Shown here in pieces: positions 45,905-58,724 of a stretch of 64,000 nt of DNA. Below the pieces are notes generated by a model. The model did not search any database. It was not told where the DNA came from and saw only the letters and a list, made by a program, of their open reading frames with translations. A program made the position numbers and the translations under genes. Numbering within the stretch: the first letter of the stretch is position 1; each line of letters opens with the position of its first letter. Origin of the DNA: Eledone cirrhosa (lineage: Eukaryota); assembly GCA_964016885.1 (NCBI GenBank), contig OZ024742.1, positions 37,510,001 through 37,574,000 on the forward strand, written 5' to 3'.

Positions 45905-48900
45905 CATATAATAATAATAATGAAATTATTGTGTACAGTGCTCAAGTGCACTACAATTCATCAAAGGTTCATGTAAAGTACATAGAATAATATTCAAATG
46001 TCAGGAAAATAAACAGTGTATGAGTCATGAAATACATGTGTGCATGTGTATGGAGAGGGGATATCAGGTGTAGTGTTGGCGAATTTCAGGGAGCATAGAG
46101 GTTTTAAAGGATGTAGTGTCTCGTCAGCTAACTGATGCCGGTAGTTTGTCCATGCGTCAGCAACTCTGAGCATGAAAAAATGTTTCCAAAAGTCATGGGC
46201 GCTCTGCTGTTTTCTGACTTTGTAGGCATGCCCACGTGTGTTAAACACATGGAAATCAAAAAGGTGCTCAGGGTTGTTATTGGCAAGATAGTTGATAATT
46301 TTGTGGGTGGTTACCAAGTCAGCTGCCAGGCGTCGGAGCTTCAATGTATCGATGCCCAGGGAAGCAAGGCGTTCAGAGTATGGTAGATGCCTGATGGAGG
46401 GTATTCGCTTGGTTGCACGTCTCTGGACAGTTTCCAGGAGGTCAATGTTCTGAGCAAGATAGGGGTTCTAGACTGGTGATGCAAATTCTAAGTGTGGCCG
46501 CACCATAGCTATATACAGCTTTAAATAGATAGCTGGAGAGTGGCTGACAAAGGTCTTGCTGAGTGATGCTAAGACACCCTTGGCCTTCTTGACAACTTTA
46601 GAGACGTGCCTCGCCCAACGCAAATTGCTGCTGACAGTAATGCCCAGGTCATATTCACAGGACTTCTTAATATTATTGTGGAGGGAGTATGTGGACGCTG
46701 GGTTTTTCCTCCTAAAATGCATGGTGGTACACTTGTCCACAGCCAACTTGAGTTGCCAGTCCGTGATCCATTGCTGCATTGTGCCCAGGTCTGATTGCAG
46801 GAAAGATCTATAGTGTTCAGGATCTGTTCTTTTTATCTCAAGGTACAGCTTGATGTCATCTGCATATTTCAGTACTGTGGCATTCTTTCAGTTGGCATCT
46901 ATGTCATTAATATATGCCACAAACAAAAGGGGCCCAAGAACAGATCCCTGCGGTACACCAGATGACATCTCATACGGTGAGGAATGCTGTCCTAGAACCA
47001 TGACTACCTCTTTTCGACTGAGAATGAAGGATTTCAACCAGTTAAAAAGATCATCCTTCACACCCATTGCAGAGTTTCGCCATAAGTCTTTTGTGTGGCA
47101 CAGAATTGAAAGCTTTAGCAAAGTCAAAGTAAACAACATCCACCCATGAGCCGCCATCAGTGATCCGGGTGATGTCTTCAAGAAACTCGATATGTTGATC
47201 ACACCAGCTGGAGTTGGGGATAAATCCAAATTGCGAGGGCCAGATAAGACTGTGAGAGTTCCAGAAGTTCCAAAGTGTTTCTCTGACACAGTTTTCCATC
47301 AGTTTGGCAATGCAACTAGTAAGACTGACTGGAGGATAGTTGACAGGTGACATGCGGTCATCCTTTTTGAACAGAGGAATGACACTGGCAGTTTTCTACT
47401 GCTCTGGAGTAGCACCATTGTTAAGACAGAATTGAAAGAAGGGTGATAGCTGGTGCAGAAAGAAATACCCACCACGTTTGAGAAGCAGGTACGTAACACC
47501 ATCAAGACCAGGAGAGCATGGTTGCGTTTATTCTTAAGGTGATGTCACAGCATTGCAGGTGTAAATTCCATAGTTGTTATAGAATTTGATGTCAGAGGTG
47601 GTGGAGATGGTACATTTTGGTCTTCAACAGTGAAAATGCCTGCATAGCATTCAGCAATGAGTTCTGCACATTCCTTGGGGTTGTCAGTAATCTGGCTTGT
47701 GTGGGGATGGTGAAGAGGACCAACTGGAGAGTGAGGCCTCTGCTTTGAGTGTACATATTTCCAGAACACCTTTCTGTCACGGTTAGTTGCTATGCACTGT
47801 TCAAATTCAAGTACTGTCTTTTTAGTCACCTGCTTGAGATGGTTGGATGATTTATTTCGCTTTTTCCTATTGATATCTGATTTATGCAGTTTGTACTCAC
47901 GCTCAGCATTATGATGTTCTTTCCTGGCAAGACAGACTGCTGTAGTCTCCCATATTGCACTTTTGGATTGTTTTTTCTGCATGCGTGGCACCAATGCTGC
48001 ACATGCTGCCCATATTGAGTTCAGGATGTTCTGGAGTACAGTGTTGACATCTCCAGAGTCGTAAAATTGAAGCTAGTTTGGTTGTTGCAGCTCAGTGCAG
48101 TAACAGTTCCAGTCTGCTTTATTCCAGTCAAAGTGAGCAGTTTGGAGATGGTTGTGGTTTTTGTTACTGCCTATGAGGGACAGATTGGCAATGATCATAG
48201 CATGATAGAGTCACCTAAAGGTTCCTCAGTAGTAACACTAATAACCGTTTCAGGAGTAGTGGTGAAGAGTAGGTCCAAAGTTTTGTCAACTCTTGTTGGG
48301 GAGGTGACTACTTGGGACCTGTTCGAGTCCAGCACTAGCTCAAGGAAATCATTTTCACTTTGCGGCCAACGAAAGGTTTCCCAGTAAATGTCAGGGTGAT
48401 TGAAGTCCCCTGCAATAAAAACCTAAGTGGCTGTTTTCCTGGCAGCAGCTCTGAGGATATCACAAAGCTGAGTGTCTTGGTGGTAGTTTCGGGGGTGGTA
48501 AACAACTCCAAGTAGAAGTGTTGATATGGTCATACGTATATCACAGAAAAATACTTCCTGCTATGATTGGTTCAAATCAATGTAAGGAATTGTCAAAAAG
48601 TTTGAACGAACACAGACCATTACACCACCACCATGACGATTAATGCGGTCTTTACAAAACAAGTTGTAGCCAGTTATGCTGAAAACCCCATCACAGAGTA
48701 AGGAATGTGCCCATATTTCCGTGACTGTAATGAAGTCAGGGTCGAAACTTTTGATGGAGGAATCAAAAAGATGCATCCTCTTGCATAGAATACGTGCATT
48801 TAAGGACAACAATTTGTACCTTGATTTTAGTCTATGATGATGTGCAGGGGATGGCAGGTTGTTCTGATTTAGTTTCCCAGAGTTTTTTCAGTTTTTTTAT

Positions 48901-49345
48901 TGCCAGTTGTTGTGGGTACAGTGTTTTCAGACCAGCTGGTATCTCTTTTCCATGTTTCACCAGCCTTAATAAACTTCCATATCTGCTCATCTTAGGCTGA
49001 AGCTTTCATGCTGTGCTGAGTTGCAGTTTAAGGAAGCTGCAGCACGTAGCTTTGGGTGTAAATCAGGTGGAAGACCAGGGCGTGTTCGGAAGGCAATCCG
49101 ATTTTCACGCCTAGCTTTATCAGGGGCTCAAAGATATGAATATGCCTCAGTGGAGTTCGAAAAAGACAGCCTAATTAGCCTGGGTTTCGGACTTGGTCAG
49201 CCAAGGCGGAGAGCACCATTCGGGGAAACACAGCCTAGGTCTTTGGATGAGCTGGCAGCAAATGTCTGAAGATGAATTATGTCTTCTGGTACACCAATGG
49301 CAATCACTTCGTGGTTTACAGATTCAGTGGCTTTTTCAATGCGTC
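45905..49345 (-). mobile_element. CR1/L2-group LINE with partial ORF1, endonuclease and RT; disrupted
   Basis: ORF1-like RLG..PKPRLIRLSF (~49150-49220); EN LSLNARIL..TEIW..KDR..GGGV, GDFN; RT YFDFAKAF, SGVPQGSVLGPLLF; (ATT)n tail at ~45910; same family as 3880-6230. Confidence 0.92.
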
Positions 49346-49530
49346 TATGTAAGAACCTGTATGAATTATGCTCTAAACACCCACTTAATAATATCTTGAT
49401 TTAGGCACTAGGACAACAATTTTCGGGGAGGGGAAAAGTTGATTAAATCAACCCAAGTGCGTTACTGATACTCTAAACTCATAGTTAGTAGTGGTTGTTT
49501 CGGGACATTTTCTGCTAGAGCTAAAAAAGA

Positions 49531-50793
49531 TTTCTTCTTACTCAGGAACTACCTGTCTATTCCTAAGCTTCTGTATCTGCTCAGGGTCAGCCCCTCTCAC
49601 AGATTTCCGTCCTGCCTCCAACGCTTTGACGACCTATTCTTCGAGAGACTCGAGTGTCTGGTCAATGTTAGACTCTCTCCGGAGTCCCGCGATCAGGCTG
49701 CATTGCCCAAGCGATTTGGGGGTCTTGGTCTCCGTAAGTGTCAAGTCAGATCAGTTTGCAAGGTGCCGCTTACTCTCTGCCAGCGCCAAATACTCAGGCG
49801 ACTGGCTCGATGCCCTACTCGTGGCCAACGTTGGTGGCCTACTCAGCCTGGACAAACTTCGTGTCTCCATTGCCCTCAGAGTGGGAGCCGATGTCTGCAT
49901 GAGTTTGAGGTGTCGATGTGTCAAACTCCTCGACTCTACAGGCCTCCACGGTCTTTCTTGCTGCCTGAATGCCAGCTGCTTCACACGTCACATGGAGCTA
50001 AACCTCATTCTGAAGAGAGCTTTGGCCCGGGCGAATATCCCCTCGGTCTTGAAACCATCTGGGTTGTCCAGAAGTGACGGTCTTACCCTGTTCCCCTGGT
50101 CGAGAGGCAGGGGCCTTGTCTGGGACGTCACTGTTAGTGACTCCTTTGCTCTTTCCCACATCCTGGATGCTGCAGTTAGGACGAGAGCCACAGCTTCTGC
50201 AGCCGAGCAGAGTAAGACCCTCAAATACTCTGCTCTGTTGGGCAGCTACATTTTTCAGCCTGTGGCTTTCGTGACGTTTGGGGGAGCCGGGCCGCTGCCT
50301 GCGAGGTTCCTTTCCTCACTGGCGGCTCGCCTAATAGAGGTGACTGGCGAATCTCGCGAGGATGCTTGGCTGTTTCAGCGCATCAGCCTAGCCATCACCT
50401 GAGGCAACGCTGCGAGTGTACTGGCTTGTCTCAAAAAACATTAGAGAGGTTGCCCAGTACTCGTGGCGTTGTTGTCTTTCGCTCTGGTGTTGGCTCCGTT
50501 GTTCACCCATTCTTTTACATTTTCCTTGATATTGTAGCATTGAAGGAATTTATCTTTCATTATACCATCCTTTGTAGTGTTACCGAGGCATTTGTAATGT
50601 TATTTATGTATATATTTAAAACATATTTGTTATGTTATTCTACTTTAAATTTATTTATATGCTCTGCTTATATTTTCATTCTGAAGGAACATATCCACTT
50701 GTGTTGATATAAGTGATTTTATGACTTTCCTCTAAGCATTGTGTCATCATTTATGTTATAAACTTGAATAAAATATGAATTTATTTCCATTAC
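49531..50793 (+). mobile_element. CRE-like non-LTR retrotransposon, 5'-truncated and deleted
   Basis: GGLGL, SGDWL.A, CCHC (CRC..H..SC), RHxxxN, DG..LVWDVTV..K..KY restriction-like nuclease; AAAGA on both sides; empty site at ~40158 in copy 1. Confidence 0.88.
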
Positions 50794-52389
50794 AAAGAGT
50801 TCTACTTCCGTTAGGAGTAAAGTCGTGATGATATTTATTACTTTACTTCTTTAATTAAGATATAAATGAATTTATTTCATTCTGGATTAACTAAAACCTT
50901 ACTAATTTGCGAGAGATGTACACATATCGCTGTAAAGTTACCATTAATGCTTGTTATTAACAGTAGTTGATGGACGACATCACAAATCTTGTGAGAGTAA
51001 TCAGTTATTTTAGAGTTATTCCCCCTGATATTATTAAAAACCTAACAAAATAGATTCTCTTTATTAAAAACCTACCAAAATAGATTCTCTTCATCTATTC
51101 TTTTTAGCACGACTTTATAATTTCTCATTGTTTCAATGGTACATTACAGACATTGAACATAGAGACATACCATTGTCGGTTCCTTTAGGCTTTTTATTTG
51201 AAGAAAGTGTATCGTAAAAGTATTATATTTACATCTGTCACTTTCTCTATTGAACTGTAGGACTTTGTCCACTTTAAAACATTTCCTATATTTCAAATTG
51301 AGACTACATTTTCATGTAAGTATGACTATATGAGATACATCTGTTAAATTGAAGTGTTGCAAAATATATGGGATATATCTGTATTTTATCATTGGTTGCT
51401 AAGTTATATCTCTGATTGTTTTATGATCGTAAAAGTTTCCAATCTATCAAGTATGGTTTATAGATTGGTGGTTGAAAGATCAGCCTTCACTGGAGACCTT
51501 CTTCCGGTAATCCTCGGTTTTAAGATCACAGGCAATTTCTAATCTTCGTAAATGTTTTTCTCTGTTGATCTAAATGGTTTATCAACACAAACAACATTCG
51601 TGCAATTTTTAAAATGTGCCAGACACTGCTACACTTCAATGTAATTTCTATCCATTTTTTTATATTAAATGACTCGATTTAATCATTTCCTTTCATAATA
51701 AATCATTCGGACGTTGTCATTGTATAGCTAATTAAGGTATCGTTCTTTTCCTTAGGAAGAGGCTGTGTAGCCGGTAAGAGTGTCAGACACCATGTGTTGC
51801 GGCCAGAGTTAAGACAATTTGAAATCTTTTCCGCCATCAATTGTCAAAAAACAAGTTAAAATCATTTAGTCGTCCATTCGTAAGGTATCTTATGCTTTAG
51901 TCACACACATATCTACATGTTAATATATAAACAGATAGGCGTCGCTTTAGGGTTTACCGGCTAATTAGCCTTTTTATTTCATTTACGACTAATGCCAAAT
52001 GTGACTGACAACTGTTGGCACTTTTACTTACGGAAATTACCAGAAGTCTCTGTAATCTGAAAACGAAGGATTACTTTCATTTGGCATCATTCGGCTTTTT
52101 TCGGAGTATTACGATTGTAAACGCAGCAGTTTACCCTGTTCTTGTTTGTGTAAGTATATCACTTGGCACAAAATAGATCCTGGAGATACCAACTTGAATT
52201 AAACACGCTGTATGCTAACTTAAAACAAAAATATTATTTGATTGTCTGGCTCAAAATGATATGACGCTATCAGAATTGATGCATATTCCCCACAATTCTA
52301 ATGCGGATACATGTTTGGCTAGTTGATTGTTCAACTAACTCCTTAAACGCTAGTTGTAAATCCCCTATATCCCATTCAGTTTCTGATTT

Positions 52390-52391
<2 letters not shown>

Positions 52392-52474
<83 letters not shown>
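52392..52474. repeat. (CA)n microsatellite
   Basis: About 40 units, versus under 10 at the paralogous site ~42077. Confidence 0.95.
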
Positions 52475-52476
<2 letters not shown>

Positions 52477-52896
52477 AACAACCATATAAAAAAAATCAAG
52501 CCTCAAACCCTTCTTATGGAAAATTCTTTGTGATATTCAATACAGTTTATATTCTATACATTTTAAATACTTATATAATTAATAAATTTTATATCACACT
52601 CTCTGTTTTAATACTTTTCTGCCTTCTCATAAGTAACTTCCATGGTGATATTTCATTGTTGCTTATCTTTGATGGTCTTTTTATTTCAGATTATCTTGAG
52701 ACAGGAACTTCTGGCCTAACATAGAGCAACACATTTTGTCATTTTAAAAACTAAACAATGACATTATTAAGAATACATGTGGCACTGTTTATCTAACTGT
52801 GATTCGATTACTGGAAAATATTTGATTGAATTTACAATTGTTAACAGTTTGGTTGGATAGTGATAAATTTAACATTACACTGGAAGTCTTTGATGT

Positions 52897-53610
52897 ATGC
52901 TTGTTTTTGGAATATTAGCAATAGAGGAAATGATGACAGAGAAACAGTGTGGAATTAAGGTTGAAGGTGGAAAATACTCACAGAATACTGATCTCTCTAA
53001 TGAAAGACATTTAAATAAAAGGAAGAAATTAGATCTGCTTGATAACTCTGCTAAAACATTGAGACAAACTAGGAAGGTCATTGAACAGAAATTACTTCAC
53101 ACAAGTTCACTGCATTATCGTTGTGATATTTGTGGTGAAAAGTTCAGGCTTAAAAGTTTTTTATCCATACACAAACGTACTCACACAGGTGAGAAACCAT
53201 ATCGTTGTGATATCTGTAACAAAACATTTTCTCAGAGTACTATATTAGCTAATCACAGAGGTATTCACACAAATGAGAAACCTTATCAATGTGATATCTG
53301 TGAAAAAACTTTTACTCGGAGTAATAGCGTTACAATTCACAGACGTATTCACACAGGTGAAAAGCCATATCACTGTGATATCTGTGATAAAACTTTCTCT
53401 CAGAGTGGTAGTTTAATATCTCACATACGTTTACATACAGGTGATACATCATACCACTGCGATATCTGTGGTAAAACTTTCACTCGGAGTAATAGTGTTA
53501 CTATTCACAAACGTATTCATACTGGTGAAAAGCCATATCACTGTGATATCTGTGATAAAACTTTCACTCAGAGTGGTAGTTTAATTTCTCACAAACGTTC
53601 ACACAAATGA
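52897..53610 (+). CDS. Tandem C2H2 zinc-finger protein (ZNF-C), 6 fingers; paralogue of ZNF-B
   Basis: Intact 237-aa ORF equal to ZNF-B minus fingers 2-7; acceptor ending at 52689, candidate donors at 51316 and 52150. Confidence 0.92.
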   Translation: MLVFGILAIEEMMTEKQCGIKVEGGKYSQNTDLSNERHLNKRKKLDLLDNSAKTLRQTRKVIEQKLLHTSSLHYRCDICGEKFRLKSFLSIHKRTHTGEKPYRCDICNKTFSQSTILANHRGIHTNEKPYQCDICEKTFTRSNSVTIHRRIHTGEKPYHCDICDKTFSQSGSLISHIRLHTGDTSYHCDICGKTFTRSNSVTIHKRIHTGEKPYHCDICDKTFTQSGSLISHKRSHK

Positions 53611-54439
53611 GTACTGATGCAGTAGAACTTAAATCATAAACATCCACATTGATCAGAAAGTATAGTTGTCTGTAAGTCATCCATAGTATGGCAGTATATG
53701 GATAACTGTGGGGCTAGGCATGACAGTGAATGTAGAGGATATGTGAAAGCTGGAACAAATTGAGCATGTTTCACTGAATGTGTAATGCTAATGTGCATGA
53801 ATGATGAAACATAAGCTGAGAAGAAAAAAAAACTAGGCAATATGAAGCATGCAGGAAAGAAGACTATGCTGGTACAAACATGTAATGCATATGGATGATT
53901 GTTTGGTGAAGAAGTTTCAAGTGGTAGGAAGTTATGGAAAAAAAAGACCAAGAAAGACATGGAGCTGATGAATTCTGACCTCAAGAAATTACACCTCACA
54001 AAGAAGAAGCAAGTGGAGAGTTGATGTACTTGAAAGGACTTGTCTAACCCATGCAAGCATGGAAAAATGAACATAAAAACAATGATGATGAATGTTAATG
54101 TGGCAACACTATTCTACCTAATCTCTGTCTGTCATATCTTTTATTTGTTGTACTCAGTACTCAAGTTTGTTATATTCTTTATATTCTGGGTACACTGAGA
54201 AATGAAATAAATGAGTGAACAATATCAAATCTATCTATAGTAAATTTTATAGGAGACTTAAACCTCCTGTTTCTGGTTGTAAGGAAAATATCACTCAACA
54301 CATTGAGAAAATAAACTATTTTATAATGGATCAGTTTGCAAATATTTGCAAAAATCAGTTGTACCGTTAATTTGAATACATGTAAACATAGAGAGTGACA
54401 TTATAAAGTAGCCTGTAAGCATAGTTGGTCATTGTAAAG

Positions 54440-56503
54440 CAGAGGCCCTCAAACTTTTGGGGCCACTGCCCCCCCCCCCCCCCCTCACAACCACATAATA
54501 TGCTCAATGCCCTCACCCCTATTTCCAGAGAGATCTGCCTACATGCGAATTGTAAATAATATATAATAAATAATATATACTATGCATAAATGAATAAATG
54601 TTTTTTTTTTTATTATACTATATTCATATATATGTATCATTTGATATTCAGTATATTATTATATCATGTGTATAGAACAAGAATCATCATCATCATCATC
54701 ATCACCGTTTTACGTCCGTTCTTCCACGCTAGCATGGGTTAGACGGGTTGTCCTGTTGTGGGCAGTGTCTGGTCGGCTGACCATGCCTTGCTCATACAGG
54801 AACTGATCTGGCTTGATTTCTACAGCTGGATGCCCTTCCTAACACCAACCTCATTTACAGTGAGTGCTGGGTGCTTTTTCGTGGCGCCTACACGTCCACT
54901 TTACAGTGTGGGCTGGGAGCTTTTTTGCCGTGGCACCTCCACGACCACCTTGCGGTGGGGGGTGTGGGGGCATATTGTTTATATGCTTCAGCATGTACCC
55001 ATGGGAGGTCGGGTACTCTGTATTACTGCGTGACGCCAGAAGTCACGGTCGTGTGTCAATAAACAATAAATTCATAGCATCCCCTAATCCACTGCCAAAA
55101 AAGAGACCTTTCTAAATACGCAAATATATTCTTACTCAATAAAAAAAATGCACAAATTTACAACCCATCCAGATAGGTTTATAGTGAGGGGGTTCAATGA
55201 GAAGGATGTGTTTAGTGAAGTGAAAGTAGGTTCTCAATCTCAGGCTCTACTGCATTAAGAATAAATCTGAGATTTCTATGCTCTGTAATTCAGAACTTTC
55301 CCCGCTCCTTTGTAAGAAGGCGAGTAACCGCACTGAATCTTCTCTCAACCATATATGATGTTGGAAAGGCAATGACGAGCAATTTGACTTTCTTCCAAAG
55401 TTCCAGATAACGGTCACTGATAGCCTTTTGAAGCCAAAATTCTTGATAGCACTTGCAGAATTTAGGCTTCAACTCAATGTCATTTTGAAGAGTTATCAGC
55501 TCCACTCTCTTCTCCACCCATGTCAATGAAGTGGTTGACAATCCATCCAGGAACTCGAAGAACAAACAAATCATGAAATCATTACTCCATATCTCCGTGC
55601 AGTTCAGTTCAGCTGCTTTGGGTGGACAATATTAGAATAAAAATTGTTTTGGATTTCTTTAAAATGCTTGTGGACTAATTTGAAAGACACTTCAAAGTGC
55701 CTCATATATACTTCGTTTATATATATATATATATATATATATTTTTTTTAAATTTAATTTTATTTTATTAAAAATATATATATATAATATACATACCTAT
55801 ATGCACACACACACACGTTTGTTGAAAAGTTTAAATCTTATTCCTTGTATTTTGGTAAATGAAATTATTAGCATCAATTAAAATGCTTATAATATTTATG
55901 ATGACAACATAATTAGACAAAATTAGCTAGAATATATTTTTTAAAGCATTAAGATATACAACTTATCTTCAAAGCATAATGTTGTTCCTTAGACTTTAAA
56001 TGTGAGTGAAAGAAATATGCAAAGAGAGAGGGGGGTGGGGAGAATGAGTTAGAAAGAGAAAGAGAGAGTAAAATTTTTAGAACAGTTGGAAGTTACAAAT
56101 AAATGACCTGCTACCCTTCCCCCCATCAGTGGTCACTCTCTCCAAAGATACTGCAATTCCTAGAGCATTGATTTACTGGTAGAAAAAGAGAGAAAGACAG
56201 CAATAGAGGGAGATATTGTCCTTTCTTTCAGACACACACACACACACACACACAAATGCCACTTAGACTCCATGATATTATTGTTCTGATAGCAATCTGA
56301 TGTCTCTAAAGTTGCAAAAATTTGAGGAATCTGGCCCTGGATATATAAGTAGAAGAAAGACAAGTTTTCACACTCACAGGCGCATTCACTTGCATGGGAG
56401 GAATGACACTTACAGCCTTTCTGTTCCTCCCTGCCCCCCACCACCCTACTGGACCTTCTCAACGGCCCCTGGAGGGTGGTAACACCCACTTTGAGAACCT
56501 CTG
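54440..56503 (-). mobile_element. hAT (Charlie/Buster-like) non-autonomous DNA transposon
   Basis: Ends CAGAGGCCCTCAAA / TTTGAGAACCTCTG, 8-bp TSD TTGTAAAG; transposase C-terminal remnant EFWLQ..IAFPTSYMVER.FS at 55290-55574; nested retroposon fragment at ~54683-54930. Confidence 0.9.
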
Positions 56504-57594
56504 TTGTAAAGAAAGCCTGTGTCTTGTCAGCATAGCTGATCATTGTAAAACATAGTCAAACATTGCAAAGGGAAGGATGAAACCCAAGACTCATTGATAT
56601 GAATGACCTGATTCTAGAATCTTTTGTTTACCATGAGTTAAAATAACAATTAATAACAGAAGTGTGGCAGCCCTGATTTGGGTTACCTTACAGTAACAGG
56701 GAGTCCCTTGGTGTTTGGGTTGAATTTTGGTAACAGCTCTCTATACCTGAAAGAGAATCACTTGATGACGATTGAGAGATTCTCACTTTTGCCTAGGCTA
56801 GCCATTCCATTACTGTGCACAGCACCAGCGTGGTTAGTATTAGCCCTTTATATGTGATTATTTTTAATATTGTAAGTTGTGCTAGTCATGGTTTTTGGCA
56901 GTAGTTTTCTGGCTGGATCCTCTTCCTATCACCAACTACTTTACAGCATGGACTGGATGTATTTTATTGTACCTTTAACACTATAGAAGTTGTTTGTCAA
57001 GATGTAAAAGACCTCTTTATTGTGTATCAGTTTTAATTCAGAGTAAATGCTCTCCTAAACAAACTGCCATCTCTACAGCTTACAGAGTACACATGTATCC
57101 CATACAGTTTTATTTCTTCAGAGTTTTATTTCATAATACAGTTTTATTTCTTTAGAGTCCCAGCAGCTTACAGAGTCCAATCTGCCCCAGATGATAGCTT
57201 AGTTAATTTTGGGTATATACACAATTATCTCATTGCAAAAATAAATTATTTTGAGATTTTATTTATATGTTAATTGTGGGTGAAGGCATACCTAATTCTT
57301 AGAAAATTATAAATCCAAAGTAAAACGAAATATAAATCACAAAGGTTGTTTACTCTGTATGAAAAGCAATAGCTAAGTTAATGTTAACATACCCAATGCA
57401 GTGAGCATAAAAAATCTAATATTATTCATCAACTAATATTTTTTTTAATCAAATGTCTGAGTATACTATAGCTTCTTAATATTTTAATAAATGATTTTTG
57501 GCTACATTATTAAGGAACAATTAAGTTTAACCCAGTTGATACTCAGCTATATTTATATATATATACAAATATTTATATATATATTATATATATC

Positions 57595-58160
57595 ACATGG
57601 TCACAGGTAGACTGATATAAAAATTGGACATTGGAAGTGGTGTCTGTGCAGGTGTAGTCAACAGTAAGTATACTCAAGAGATAAACATTCTCAGATGTTT
57701 GGAAGGTTCACTGGAAGTGGTAGAAGGGTTTTGCTATCTAAGAGATCTCATTAGTAATGGAAGTGGATGTACTGAAAGTGTTATCGATAGAGTGTGAACA
57801 GAGTAGAAGTTCAGGGTGCTGTTGGTAGCCTCTCTCTCAGAGTGAAGGGTAGACTGTGTGATGCCTGCATGTGAACTGCAATACTAAATGGCAGTGAAAG
57901 ATGGACTTTGACTGAAGAAGACCTGTAAAAAATGAAGAAAGTATGTTTCGTTGGATGTGCAATGTCAGCATGCATGACCAATGTAGTTTGGAAAAAACTT
58001 AGCATAAAAGAAGACTGCATTGATATGGACATGGTGCATATGGAAGATGACAGCTGTATAAAGAAATGAAAAGAAATTCCAGTGGATGGGACTCAAGGAA
58101 GAGGCAAACTCAGGAAGATATGGGATAAGGTAGTGAAGACTGATCTTAAGAAGGTGAAAC
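57595..58160 (+). mobile_element. RTE LINE 3' fragment, decayed
   Basis: LEVVEGFCYL, KGRLCDAC, NGSERW, RGKLRKIWDKVVKTDL. Confidence 0.8.
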
Positions 58161-58724
58161 ATATAGGAAGACCTATTCACATACTCCACAATTTCACCAT
58201 TATTTTATACCCACACCCTACTCCATTACCAGAATCCCCATCCCACTTCTCAAATCCTAACTAGGATCACCCCCTCACTAAACCTTGATACCAGTCATAA
58301 ACTCTTAGTGCTTATGATCATATTCTCTCCTACTCTTTACACACTTAAATCTCACTAGTCATATACCCATCATCCCTGTTAACACCAGCCTATTCTACCA
58401 TCCACACCAAGAGTAGAAAGGACTCTTTAGTTGACAACCTCTCTAACATTAGTGTTATGGGGGTGCACCTGATAGGATGTTTGGGGACAATAGGGGCATC
58501 TCGTAGAAATCATGTCATAAAAGGGTCAAGAGGATTCTTCTGTTGTGTCAGGTGGATGACAGTACACTCTGTAAAGTGGTTGGTGAAAAGCATACAGCAA
58601 TAGAAAACCTGCCAAACAAAAGGTCGGGATAACTCTTTAGTTGATCTCCTTAATGTTGGTGGTTTGCACAATAAATATATCCAGTATACTCTGTTAAGTG
58701 GTTGGTAATAGGAAGGGCATCCAG

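Larger units (their letters stand above)
45797..56660 (+). repeat. Tandem segmental duplication, copy 2 (contains ZNF-C and three private TEs)
   Basis: Colinear with 39863-44790; interrupted by CR1/L2, CRE and hAT insertions. Confidence 0.9.

Noticed and set aside
49491-50402. 303-aa ORF as a host gene
   Set aside because: Chimera of flank and CRE C-terminus with internal deletions; absent from the paralogous copy.
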